Under the pieces are notes generated by a model that made no database searches, was not told the DNA's origin, and saw only the letters and a list, made by a program, of their open reading frames with translations. Positions 46,843-54,613 of a DNA stretch of 54,613 bases are shown piece after piece (the first letter of the stretch is position 1; every line of letters starts with the position of its first letter). A program made the position numbers and the translations under genes. The stretch is taken from positions 1-54,613 of IMG/VR virus record IMGVR_UViG_3300043432_000146, one strand, 5' to 3'. Origin of the DNA: a virus. Taxonomy: Duplodnaviria > Caudoviricetes.

Positions 46843-47418
46843 TTAGTTGCTGGCTGGAACAAATCTAATAATCTCAGCTCGTGCCCATATACGCACTGGA
46901 TTGCCTTGTTCATCCTTGTCTGTAGGATCCAATACATACTGTTGGTGCCCACCATTACCGTCTGATGGAAAGTTTTTCATCCCCTTAATGGTGAACCCAG
47001 TATTCTTATTATAAGCACGCCAATCAAGCTCTACAGTATAGACCTTATTGGCTGTCTGCTCTACAGCGTCTGCTTGTGCTTGTGGATCTCCCCCGATCTT
47101 ATTTGAGTAGCCAGTAGCTCGGAGATAATCTCCCAGCTGACTAACACTCATTCCCCCACGCTTGAAAGGCTTTGCACTGACCTTGGTATACTTCAGTGTG
47201 AATCCTTCATTGCTGGGTCCCACGACTGTCGGATCAATCTGTGCGCTGAGGAATCCAGCCTTAGTCGCACCAAACGACGTTGATGGAAAGGATTCCGGCG
47301 CTCGTACTGTATATCGTCCTGCCTTTGGTAGTGCCTGCCCTTCCTTAGCATCTGCGTAGATGTCCAAATCCAATGGTTCTGCAGGAAGAAGTCCGTTGAG
47401 TGAGCTTAGATCTGCCAT
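46843..47418 (-). CDS. putative single-stranded DNA-binding protein
   Basis: LPKAGRYTV motif; directly downstream of the Sak4-like ATPase; strong AAGGAG RBS. Confidence 0.55.
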   Translation of the reverse strand: MADLSSLNGLLPAEPLDLDIYADAKEGQALPKAGRYTVRAPESFPSTSFGATKAGFLSAQIDPTVVGPSNEGFTLKYTKVSAKPFKRGGMSVSQLGDYLRATGYSNKIGGDPQAQADAVEQTANKVYTVELDWRAYNKNTGFTIKGMKNFPSDGNGGHQQYVLDPTDKDEQGNPVRIWARAEIIRFVPASN

Positions 47419-47430
47419 TTTTCTCTCCTT

Positions 47431-48315
47431 TTAGTTTGCTTGTGCCAACCGCTGTTTAATCTTTTCAATTGCTACACTGTGCCCTCCCTCAATCATTTGC
47501 AGTGCTTTAACGATAGAAGCTGGTTCGATAAGGTTTTGGGCTGGTGCAGGTGCATCCAGTGGTAATCTAGTATTACCTAATCCGGCAGCATTCCCAGCCC
47601 CCACATCCACATGATTTCCCAAATACAACACATGCCTTTCAGGCTTGCCTGCCTGTGCTGGCAAAACATCAATCCTAAAAACCAGATTAAACCACCTAGG
47701 AACCTCAGCGGTTAGGGCCTTACCAATAACATCAGGCCCCAAGATCTTACCTGCTGCAGTAGTATCTTCATCCTTGCTCACACTAGATGTCCACAAGATG
47801 AACGGAGCACTTAGCTTTTGTGATTCCCATACCTCTTCAGTAATCCTGTTTTGGGCAATTCCAAACATAGCCATATTGCTGCCACTAATCTTCAGTGACT
47901 CTCCATCGCCAGTAACAGTAAATGAGATATTAGCTCCACCCCCAATGTTAATATTCTGTGCTGCCTTCTGAGCCATATTCGTCATCAAAGCCTCAGCAAT
48001 AGCCCTGAGACTTTCAAAGGCAAACATGCCAATATTATCATTCTTCCCTGGCACCCACTTTCCACTGCTATCCCTGACATATCCCCTAACAGCCTTATTG
48101 AGAAAGATCCAAGGATCAGTAGTTCCCATCTCTACTGGCTCTATGATGCCCAGATCAATGTAGGGCCTGATGGTATCAGTGCCGCCCTTATCAGCCGTAT
48201 AAAGACGAGTATTCTTTTTCTCAGTCTTCTTGACATATTCAGCTAGCTCCCCGATTTGGGCAGTCTTGCCGCTGTTCGTTCTGCCATATAGCAGGATAGT
48301 TCTTTTATTAGCCAT
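47431..48315 (-). CDS. AAA_24 / Sak4-like ATPase
   Basis: LLYGRTNSGKT, FAFESL, GPDVIGKAL...VPRWFN. Confidence 0.8.
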   Translation of the reverse strand: MANKRTILLYGRTNSGKTAQIGELAEYVKKTEKKNTRLYTADKGGTDTIRPYIDLGIIEPVEMGTTDPWIFLNKAVRGYVRDSSGKWVPGKNDNIGMFAFESLRAIAEALMTNMAQKAAQNINIGGGANISFTVTGDGESLKISGSNMAMFGIAQNRITEEVWESQKLSAPFILWTSSVSKDEDTTAAGKILGPDVIGKALTAEVPRWFNLVFRIDVLPAQAGKPERHVLYLGNHVDVGAGNAAGLGNTRLPLDAPAPAQNLIEPASIVKALQMIEGGHSVAIEKIKQRLAQAN

Positions 48316-48475
48316 TATTTTCCTTTAGCCTTACTAAACCAGAATGTTCATCTCCATCGGAGGCATCTCCTAACATAAACCACAACCACCAGCAGCCAGG
48401 ACACGCTGTCCGTGGTTGTCGATGAAATTTATATTTCTGGTGCTTTGTGCAATAGTAATACCACTTCCCCATCAT
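48308..48475 (-). CDS. small Cys/His protein
   Basis: Manual: MMGKWYYYCTKHQKYKFHRQPRTACPGCWWLW... Confidence 0.6.
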   Translation of the reverse strand: MMGKWYYYCTKHQKYKFHRQPRTACPGCWWLWFMLGDASDGDEHSGLVRLKENNG

Positions 48476-48714
48476 TATGCTCCTTCAGCTTCAACCTCTA
48501 GAATCCCAAGGGGCGTAACCTCAACAGTCCCCACACCCTCAACAAAACTCAGACAATCAGCAAACTTATCATATAGATGTTCAGGCTTGGTTTTGCTGTT
48601 TTCCTCAAGCTCTACAGAGATAAGGAAACCATATTCGATCAGCTTGCCGCCAGGATGCTCGGCTTGCAACATGGAAACCTCGTTAGATTGGTTGGGATGA
48701 TGGTAGGATAGCAT
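48475..48714 (-). CDS. hypothetical protein
   Basis: ORF in operon. Confidence 0.6.
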   Translation of the reverse strand: MLSYHHPNQSNEVSMLQAEHPGGKLIEYGFLISVELEENSKTKPEHLYDKFADCLSFVEGVGTVEVTPLGILEVEAEGA

Positions 48715-48717
48715 ACT

Positions 48718-49008
48718 TCAAGCTCGCTTGTCAAGCATGACACCCTCAGGGTTTGCTTTAGGATCAAGTTTAGCGGCCAACTCATCATCCTTGTCAAATA
48801 TAGAATCAACCACATTGGCGATAACTTCAATGGCATCTACATAATAGGTCAATTTACCCCCTATTCGGTGATGTCTACTACCATATTGTATGTCCACAAT
48901 AAGCTGCCCAGGTTCAAGATCTGGGGCCGCAGGCATAAGATAATTAAGTCTATCCTTGCTCATTTTTACTGGCCTTTCGGTCAACAACATCCCAGTTTCC
49001 ACTAGCAA
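48718..49008 (-). CDS. hypothetical protein
   Basis: ORF in operon; start uncertain. Confidence 0.6.
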   Translation of the reverse strand: MLVETGMLLTERPVKMSKDRLNYLMPAAPDLEPGQLIVDIQYGSRHHRIGGKLTYYVDAIEVIANVVDSIFDKDDELAAKLDPKANPEGVMLDKRA

Positions 49009-49222
49009 ATTGCCAATATAATTTATCTAATTCTCCAACATATTCCTTAGTTAGGCGATCCTCCAGCTTGCCCTCATGCAAATAGTCCCCAAGACCATCT
49101 AATAATGACATAACAATCTCAGTAGGCATTCGGCTCATTTTGCACCTGCTTATATTTATACAAATATCTATCAAAATCCTGCTCTCTCCAGCACTGAGGA
49201 CAACAATATTCTGGCACACCAT
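48950..49222 (-). CDS. hypothetical protein
   Basis: ORF in operon; likely start MSRMP. Confidence 0.5.
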   Translation of the reverse strand: MVCQNIVVLSAGESRILIDICINISRCKMSRMPTEIVMSLLDGLGDYLHEGKLEDRLTKEYVGELDKLYWQFASGNWDVVDRKASKNEQG

Positions 49223-49294
49223 TTATATATACGGTAACTACTCTGCAGCGATCTCTTTCTCTGTCACAATAGGCACATACATGCTTTCCGGGTT

Positions 49295-49504
49295 TCATGA
49301 CTGATCATCGCCCCCTTGAAGAGATTTACCACAGTATGGGCACGTACTAACCTCAGCTAGAAGCACTGCAAAGGGCTTATTTATAGTCATCTGCTCGCAG
49401 GTATGAATTGGCAGCTTCTGGAAAGCAATTCCTTCATTTTGAGCACGAAGGTTGGCCTTAGATCTAGCCTTTAGATCAGCCCACTTATGGATCTTCATGC
49501 CCAC
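49295..49504 (-). CDS. small Zn-ribbon protein
   Basis: HTC...CPYCG. Confidence 0.6.
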   Translation of the reverse strand: MGMKIHKWADLKARSKANLRAQNEGIAFQKLPIHTCEQMTINKPFAVLLAEVSTCPYCGKSLQGGDDQS

Positions 49505-49800
49505 CCCCGTAATAGTTGCTTGGTTGAAGTAACATAAACCTCTATGCGTTGATTCCAGGAAATTGCTCCAGGTGGAAATGGTGGGTTAGCCATAAATTTA
49601 GCAATTAACTGTTCAGCTTGCTTAACTGTTTTAACCCGCTTACACTGGATACAAACCATAGGAGCATTGGCCCTTGCACAGTACAGATCATAGGGACCAT
49701 GACTTCCAGCTGCCCTAGTTACGGTATAACCCATGCCTTTCCATGCCTTAGCCCTTTCATACTCGAACCTACGCCCAGACAAGTATCTTTTATTAGGCAT
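49495..49800 (-). CDS. Holliday junction resolvase (Hjc-like PD-(D/E)XK)
   Basis: GRRFEYE, GYTVTRAAGSHGPYDL, IQCK; start MPNKRY. Confidence 0.8.
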   Translation of the reverse strand: MPNKRYLSGRRFEYERAKAWKGMGYTVTRAAGSHGPYDLYCARANAPMVCIQCKRVKTVKQAEQLIAKFMANPPFPPGAISWNQRIEVYVTSTKQLLRGWA

Positions 49801-50914
49801 CCAATAGCTCCTTCTCCATCTGATGGTTAGGCACCCTCCACGCAAATCCATGCTCTAGTGGCTTATCTACCCCACCATGACAGAGCATCCTATACGGACA
49901 GCCATGCCCAAACGATGGTTGACACTGCTCAAAATTCTGATTATAAGCACTATTGAGCAACGCTGTTTTATCCTCTTCGTCCTCAACCATCTTCAGTAGT
50001 TCATTAGCTAGCTCTATTTCCTGCTCCCTACCTACTCTCTGCTTGAAAAAACTATCAACAAGATCATCCCTGACAAATATCGGTGGTGTCTGTGGAAACT
50101 GTTCAGCTAATACATTTTCGGGCATTCCCTCTACCCATGTCTTGACACCACCATCCAATTCCCAGGTAGGAACCCGTTTGAACCCTGATCTATACTCATA
50201 GGTAGTTTCTGAACTAGAGAATGGTGGTGTACCGCTTCTATGATATGCATAGCAGAATGGGGATGACTGCTTACCATAGCTTTGGAAACCTTTGTATAAT
50301 CCCTGAATCACAACCCCAGTAACCTTCTCTCCAGTGGTTGCTTCAATAGCTCTAATACTAGAATGAACTTGCACAGCAGTATTCCAGCTATTCACCCATT
50401 CTTCTCTTTTGCTAGAAGTGGATTTATATTCGATATAGAAGCAATTACCTTCATTATCTTTAACTACTAAATCTGGCCGAGACATAAAAATCATGTTATC
50501 ATGCTTATAGATCATTTCTTGCTCTATAGCCACAATTGTAGGATACTGAGTCATAAGCTTAGGCCATACGAACTTATAGAATCCTCTTAGTAACCCCTCA
50601 ACAAGAGTTGCTTGTTCATTAGCAAAATGTACAGCTTCAGCCTCTACCTCTCCAGTAAGATCAGTAAGTAGGGCCTGAACCATTTGCTGTCTGCCGGCTG
50701 TGGCTAACGCATTTATATCCACCGCTCCATGAGTATGCTGATAAGCAATACCAGCCAAGCCATCGTGAATAGCAGTGCCCATATACAGTTCAAGAGCAGT
50801 GTTATCAGGGACGATGCCCCTTCCTTCGTACTCATACTCATAGTACCGCCTGCGCTCACATCTCCAGTCGGTAATAGCTCTGCTACGGTCATGTAAAATA
50901 ATAATCTTACCCAT
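49793..50914 (-). CDS. Cas4/RecB-like PD-(D/E)XK exonuclease with Fe-S cysteines
   Basis: N-terminal C, GTAIH, RPDLV, IEYKS, C-terminal C..CPY..LC. Confidence 0.85.
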   Translation of the reverse strand: MGKIIILHDRSRAITDWRCERRRYYEYEYEGRGIVPDNTALELYMGTAIHDGLAGIAYQHTHGAVDINALATAGRQQMVQALLTDLTGEVEAEAVHFANEQATLVEGLLRGFYKFVWPKLMTQYPTIVAIEQEMIYKHDNMIFMSRPDLVVKDNEGNCFYIEYKSTSSKREEWVNSWNTAVQVHSSIRAIEATTGEKVTGVVIQGLYKGFQSYGKQSSPFCYAYHRSGTPPFSSSETTYEYRSGFKRVPTWELDGGVKTWVEGMPENVLAEQFPQTPPIFVRDDLVDSFFKQRVGREQEIELANELLKMVEDEEDKTALLNSAYNQNFEQCQPSFGHGCPYRMLCHGGVDKPLEHGFAWRVPNHQMEKELLDA

Positions 50915-51075
50915 GCTCTATCACCTTGTTCGTAAGTATAAAGTCATTGCAACAAAACCAACAATGAAACCAATTAAAAAGTAAATCATATATGGCTCGC
51001 CTCCTTCATATGGGTTTCTTCTCTGTAATGGCTTGCTTCCTTATCGTGGGTTTCTCCTTTTTCTTGGCTCGCTCA

Positions 51076-51273
51076 CTACATTCTTCTTCCCTCATTTTTA
51101 ACCAATCGAGCGTGTCTTGGCAAAGTGTATCTGTTCTCCGTTCGTAAGCACGCATTTGATTTTGCACTTTGATCATAAACTTCATATTTGCATACTAGGT
51201 AGTAGGTCAATCTACCTAATATAAATCCAGCTATACAACAGGGTAAATAAACTCCCAGCAGCTTCATAATCAT
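51076..51273 (-). CDS. small membrane protein
   Basis: N-terminal TM; ATGA overlap. Confidence 0.5.
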   Translation of the reverse strand: MIMKLLGVYLPCCIAGFILGRLTYYLVCKYEVYDQSAKSNACLRTENRYTLPRHARLVKNEGRRM

Positions 51274-52508
51274 TGTCTAATCCTTACTATGCAATTAGGA
51301 TCATCTCCGCGCTGATAGACCCTTAGTAGATCCTGTGTTTCAAGATCTTGTCTATGTCTATATGGGCCAGCAAGATGACACGCCACTGGAACTGAGGCAA
51401 CCCCTGCATTCCATGATCTTGCAGCATCCAATTCGGCCCCCTCAAACAGGGTAGAGTTCTTCCCATGCACACTATGAAAGGTAGCTCCAGCAATGAGCAA
51501 TACTGCTCCAGCGGCTGAATCATAAGCATGGACTAGGGATGAATCTTTATCAGGAAAGCGGGTGTTCTCATCTGCATGGATTGGTAGATGGAACAGATCA
51601 GCTATCTCCATCCCATTATGCCCGGCTTTCCGCCACCACTCGAAAGCATCATTAGTATGGAACTCTGCCCAACCATCACCCCAGACAGGAGTTACCGGAT
51701 CTTGCTGACTACCATTACTACCATGTGAGCTTAATACCCCAGCACAAGGCTGGAATGGTGCTGTATTGATATTATTTGCTGCCTGATCGTTCTCATTTAC
51801 CAATGATAACAAGACATTTGTAGAGCCCTGCACAGCCGCACACAATCTAGTCCAGTGCTCTGATGTAAAGCCCCAGGTATAGGCTCCCGTATATGCTGTG
51901 AGATTAACATAGAAACTATATCGCTTAGCTAAAAGCAGAAACTCTGACAATCTGCTATAAAGATCTGGATGCTGACTAAGGAGCAAGGTACCAATCCCAT
52001 ATTGACTGAGATCATATTGGGTCCACACCCGCAAGCTATTGAATCCCAAGCTCTTACGCTGTTGCAGGATTGGATCAATATATTCCCCGGACAGGAATCT
52101 ATTGTAGAGATTGAAGTCACTGGTTTCATTGAGAAAAAATGGAGCACCCGCCTGTGTAAAGAATTGTCCCTGTACCCGCAATGGCGGTAAGGGTGGGATG
52201 ATGGGCTTCATCTTGATAAAATAATCACAGGAGCCATCTGCAATAGTTTGCAGGTCAAACTGCTGTTCAAATGGTTCAAATCCAGCTGCTGTTATCTTTA
52301 TGATGTAGATCCCAGCAGGTAAAATACTATAAGTATAGCCATCCTCCCCAGTAAATGTAGGTGTATCACCATTTACACTAATTGCATACTTTCCAGGTGG
52401 TGAAACATGGGGAGCAAAGCAGGCTTGCTTTGGTGGCTCCGGGGGCGGAATGGGCGGATTGCAACCCCATATGACTGGTAACAGCAATAGCCCCAATAAC
52501 TTTTTCAT
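51270..52508 (-). CDS. lipoprotein with Ig-like domain and clan GH-A (GH5-like) glycoside hydrolase domain
   Basis: MKKLLGLLLLPVIWG-C lipobox; GFNSLRVW, LVNE (acid/base), ADE (nucleophile). Confidence 0.7.
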   Translation of the reverse strand: MKKLLGLLLLPVIWGCNPPIPPPEPPKQACFAPHVSPPGKYAISVNGDTPTFTGEDGYTYSILPAGIYIIKITAAGFEPFEQQFDLQTIADGSCDYFIKMKPIIPPLPPLRVQGQFFTQAGAPFFLNETSDFNLYNRFLSGEYIDPILQQRKSLGFNSLRVWTQYDLSQYGIGTLLLSQHPDLYSRLSEFLLLAKRYSFYVNLTAYTGAYTWGFTSEHWTRLCAAVQGSTNVLLSLVNENDQAANNINTAPFQPCAGVLSSHGSNGSQQDPVTPVWGDGWAEFHTNDAFEWWRKAGHNGMEIADLFHLPIHADENTRFPDKDSSLVHAYDSAAGAVLLIAGATFHSVHGKNSTLFEGAELDAARSWNAGVASVPVACHLAGPYRHRQDLETQDLLRVYQRGDDPNCIVRIRQ

Positions 52509-52623
52509 AGCAGGGTTCTCCGAGAAGTGAGGGAAAACATAAAAATAAGTGAAGTGCATATAAGGACTATTAGCACTAGTCTGCCTGCCTTTCGTTGGGT
52601 TGGGTTGTGGGTTTGAGGATGCT

Positions 52624-52653
52624 AGAATAACATACTCCCTAGCGTCTTGTCAA
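52624..52653 (-). promoter_or_regulatory. leftward sigma70 promoter for the replication operon
   Basis: TTGACA-18bp-TATTCT with extended -10 TG. Confidence 0.65.
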
Positions 52654-52656
52654 GCC

Positions 52657-52686
52657 TTGACAGATTGTGGTCTGATATGCTACACT
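52657..52686 (+). promoter_or_regulatory. rightward sigma70 promoter for the helicase gene
   Basis: TTGACA-18bp-TACACT with extended -10 TG. Confidence 0.65.
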
Positions 52687-52764
52687 GCTCCACCTCCAAA
52701 TCTAAAAATCTTAAAGCTTGTGCCCTAGGACCTATGGGCTAGCGGTCAACGATAAGGGCCGTAG

Positions 52765-53766
52765 ATGACCATTCCAGGTATTCCTATACCTAAGCTTGAA
52801 GAATTAGCAATTCTTATCAATGCTCCAGTAGAAGAGGGTCCGCCCGATATTGTCCCTGGCCTCCTGCCTAGGCGAGGTGAATTAGTCATAGCAGGAGAAA
52901 CCAACATTGGTAAGAGCACTATAGCCCTAGAGATGTGTGCTTCCCTGATCAATAATACCCCATTGTGGGGTGAGCTGAAACCCACAATCCAAGCTAAGCG
53001 CATCCTCTATATTCTGGGTGAACACTATAATGGTGTCATCCAGGGGCTCTGGAAGAAGCTCGGCTGGTCAATGCCTGACACCAATCCCATCTATCTTCTT
53101 GGGCCAGCACAACTTAGATATGACAAATGGGTAGTCACTCAAGGCAAAATCAACCAAGTTGCTGCTGACAAACTAACCGCATGGGCGGAGGGCTCTGACC
53201 TTATAATCTTTGATCCTCTTTCTGCCTTCATCACAGGTATTGATGCTGAAAATGATAACGTCCAAATGAGGCATGTTTTAGACACCATGAGCCTTGTAGC
53301 TCAGCGGGTAGGCGCTGCTTGCCTAGTCCTAGCCCATCTCGGCAAACCAAACATCGACAGAAACGGCCAGGAGCACACCCGTAAAGCCTACGCTATCCGT
53401 GGTGCCTCAGCCATCGAGGATGCTGCCACCAACATCTTTTATATGGGCAGGGCTGGAGGCCAGTCGGCTGCGGCTCAGGGAGCTGATAGTGTCTATGAGC
53501 TACGGTTGCGGAAATACAAGGGGCCAGCACCAGAGTCCTATAGACTCCTAAGAGATCCCAGTACCAACCGCCACACACTTCTTGGCAATAGGCCATTTGT
53601 TGAAGTTCAGAGACTAGACACACAAGCCAAAGTAGCTAGATTACAGGCTAGCTGTGGGATGTCACTGTCTGAGGCTGCTAGGGCTATAGCCGCAATTCAA
53701 GGGGTTACTGAACGCACAATATGGAGGCACCTAGGCAATGAAGATGGGTTAGTAGAGCCCCATTAA
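52765..53766 (+). CDS. RepA-like (AAA_25) helicase with C-terminal HTH
   Basis: AGETNIGKST, LIIFDPL, ENDN, LAHLGK, IRGASAI; HTH SLSEAARAIAAIQGVTERTIWRHL. Confidence 0.88.
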   Translation: MTIPGIPIPKLEELAILINAPVEEGPPDIVPGLLPRRGELVIAGETNIGKSTIALEMCASLINNTPLWGELKPTIQAKRILYILGEHYNGVIQGLWKKLGWSMPDTNPIYLLGPAQLRYDKWVVTQGKINQVAADKLTAWAEGSDLIIFDPLSAFITGIDAENDNVQMRHVLDTMSLVAQRVGAACLVLAHLGKPNIDRNGQEHTRKAYAIRGASAIEDAATNIFYMGRAGGQSAAAQGADSVYELRLRKYKGPAPESYRLLRDPSTNRHTLLGNRPFVEVQRLDTQAKVARLQASCGMSLSEAARAIAAIQGVTERTIWRHLGNEDGLVEPH

Positions 53767-53783
53767 GAGCCCTAACGGTTATG

Positions 53784-53858
53784 TTAATTTATACTTTACT
53801 GACATATTCCCCTTCTATATAGGATCATGAATTTGTCAGTAACAATTTTTGTCACCCC
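53784..53858 (+). repeat. ~75-bp dispersed hairpin element, copy 3
   Basis: ttaatttatactttACTGACAtattccccttCTATATAGgatcatgaattTGTCAGTaacaatttttgtcacccc, 17 bp after the helicase stop. Confidence 0.85.
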
Positions 53859-53910
53859 AAAGGTGTATACAACGGTATACAGTGTATACTTAGTATACAC
53901 TCTTGCATGC

Positions 53911-53982
53911 CTAGAATGGTATATCATCTTCATTGATGGGCAAGGTAGGCAATCCTGCATATAACTTTGGTTCTTTCCTCAT
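53911..53982 (-). CDS. 23-aa peptide ending EDDIPF (SSB C-terminal-like motif)
   Basis: Manual: MRKEPKLYAGLPTLPINEDDIPF; AGGAAG upstream; may be the 3' part of a frameshifted ORF starting at 54016. Confidence 0.45.
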   Translation of the reverse strand: MRKEPKLYAGLPTLPINEDDIPF

Positions 53983-54078
53983 AATTCTTCCTAATTCTAT
54001 CAGGATGTGAAGGCATTATTTAGTCTCCATTTCATTATGCTTGTTGAGCCTCTATAACTACCACTATTTATTAGCCCA

Positions 54079-54222
54079 CTACCTCAATAGTTGCTTAAGA
54101 TACTCAGCAGCCTTAACTACTTCAGGATCAAGATCCTTGCCTACAATCGGGAGTGGGCAAAGGATATAGTTAACTACAGCTTTAAGAGCGTGATACAGTC
54201 CAGGATCAAGTATAGTTAGCAT
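54079..54222 (-). CDS. small hypothetical protein
   Basis: Manual 47 aa MLTILDPGLYHALK...; GAGGAG RBS. Confidence 0.55.
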   Translation of the reverse strand: MLTILDPGLYHALKAVVNYILCPLPIVGKDLDPEVVKAAEYLKQLLR

Positions 54223-54435
54223 TTATTCCTCCTCTTTTTCCCACCCACGACAACACCCATCACAACCATGCATGAAGGCATACTCTCCATAAATCTCAGC
54301 ATGATTGACATGCCCTACAGTATGCCCAACCCCATGCTCACAGTGTCTTTCTAGTCTTCCATCTTCCCGAATAAGATCGGCCTTTAGCTTTTTCACTTTT
54401 TCTTGGAGTGGTCTACTCATTTGGTCTGTATTCAT
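54223..54435 (-). CDS. small His/Cys-rich phage protein
   Basis: ERHCEHGVGH...HGCDGCC. Confidence 0.7.
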   Translation of the reverse strand: MNTDQMSRPLQEKVKKLKADLIREDGRLERHCEHGVGHTVGHVNHAEIYGEYAFMHGCDGCCRGWEKEEE

Positions 54436-54611
54436 AGATCTACCCAATTACCATTCTCATCCCTATAAATCACCCGCTTGCAACCGGCTACAAGCTGCTG
54501 ACATTCCAAGCATGGCCTTGAATTAATGGTCTTTCCATTACGCCTCCGTCTAGACGCGACATACAGTGTTGATCTGCCAACCCTATTTCTATTAGCCCTA
54601 GACATACAATG
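54432..54611 (-). CDS. cytidine/dCMP deaminase-like protein, C-terminal part (5' end off window)
   Basis: Manual: HCMSRANRNRVGRSTLYVASRRRRNGKTINSRPCLECQQLVAGCKRVIYRD..; STLYV, PCxxC and RVIY fit the deaminase fold; HAE motif not visible. Confidence 0.65.
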   Translation of the reverse strand, partial: HCMSRANRNRVGRSTLYVASRRRRNGKTINSRPCLECQQLVAGCKRVIYRDENGNWVDL

Positions 54612-54613
54612 AG

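Noticed and set aside
49793-50914. Cas4-like gene as part of a CRISPR-Cas locus
   Set aside because: No cas1, cas2 or effector genes; it sits with resolvase, Sak4-like ATPase and SSB-like genes, a usual phage recombination module.
54432-54613. Exact circular join between window end and start
   Set aside because: Joining the ends does not restore the deaminase N-terminus (HAE motif) and no terminal overlap was seen; some sequence is probably missing.
1-54613. Prophage or alternative genetic code
   Set aside because: No integrase, repressor or host flanking genes recognised; long genes are intact under the standard code and TAG, TGA and TAA all serve as stops.

Overview
The window is most of a ~55 kb tailed dsDNA phage genome with podovirus-like architecture. 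Both ends cut through minus-strand genes, and no integrase, repressor, reverse transcriptase, primase or tRNA was recognised. Layout: (1) 1-6.6 kb is a leftward early/accessory region with three paralogous Ala-repeat proteins, a 2[4Fe-4S] ferredoxin, a lipoprotein and a canonical type I hammerhead ribozyme. (2) 6.6-7.75 kb is a non-coding control/packaging region. (3) 7.8-38 kb is a rightward morphogenesis block: TerS-like, TerL, portal, scaffold, major capsid, many small virion/fibre proteins, adaptor, nozzle, ejection proteins, holin-like protein and a GH108 endolysin. (4) 38-41.2 kb carries rightward accessory genes: HiPIP-like, histidine phosphatase, metallophosphoesterase and trypsin-like protease. 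(5) 41.3-52.5 kb carries leftward replication and nucleotide genes: dNTP diphosphohydrolase-like, nucleoside deoxyribosyltransferase-like, UDG-fused family A polymerase, adenine MTase, SSB-like, Sak4-like ATPase, resolvase, Cas4-like nuclease and a glycoside-hydrolase lipoprotein. (6) A divergent RepA-like helicase with a C-terminal HTH follows. The most notable observations are: a 37-bp exact duplication around a 35-bp CpG-rich foreign insert, in frame inside the portal gene, with the geometry of an ectopic CRISPR spacer acquisition; three dispersed copies of a ~75-bp hairpin element at module boundaries; the hammerhead ribozyme; a 28-bp long-range inverted repeat bracketing one small gene; and a PolA with atypical motif B residues. 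Family assignments come from motif recognition by eye, not from database searches.
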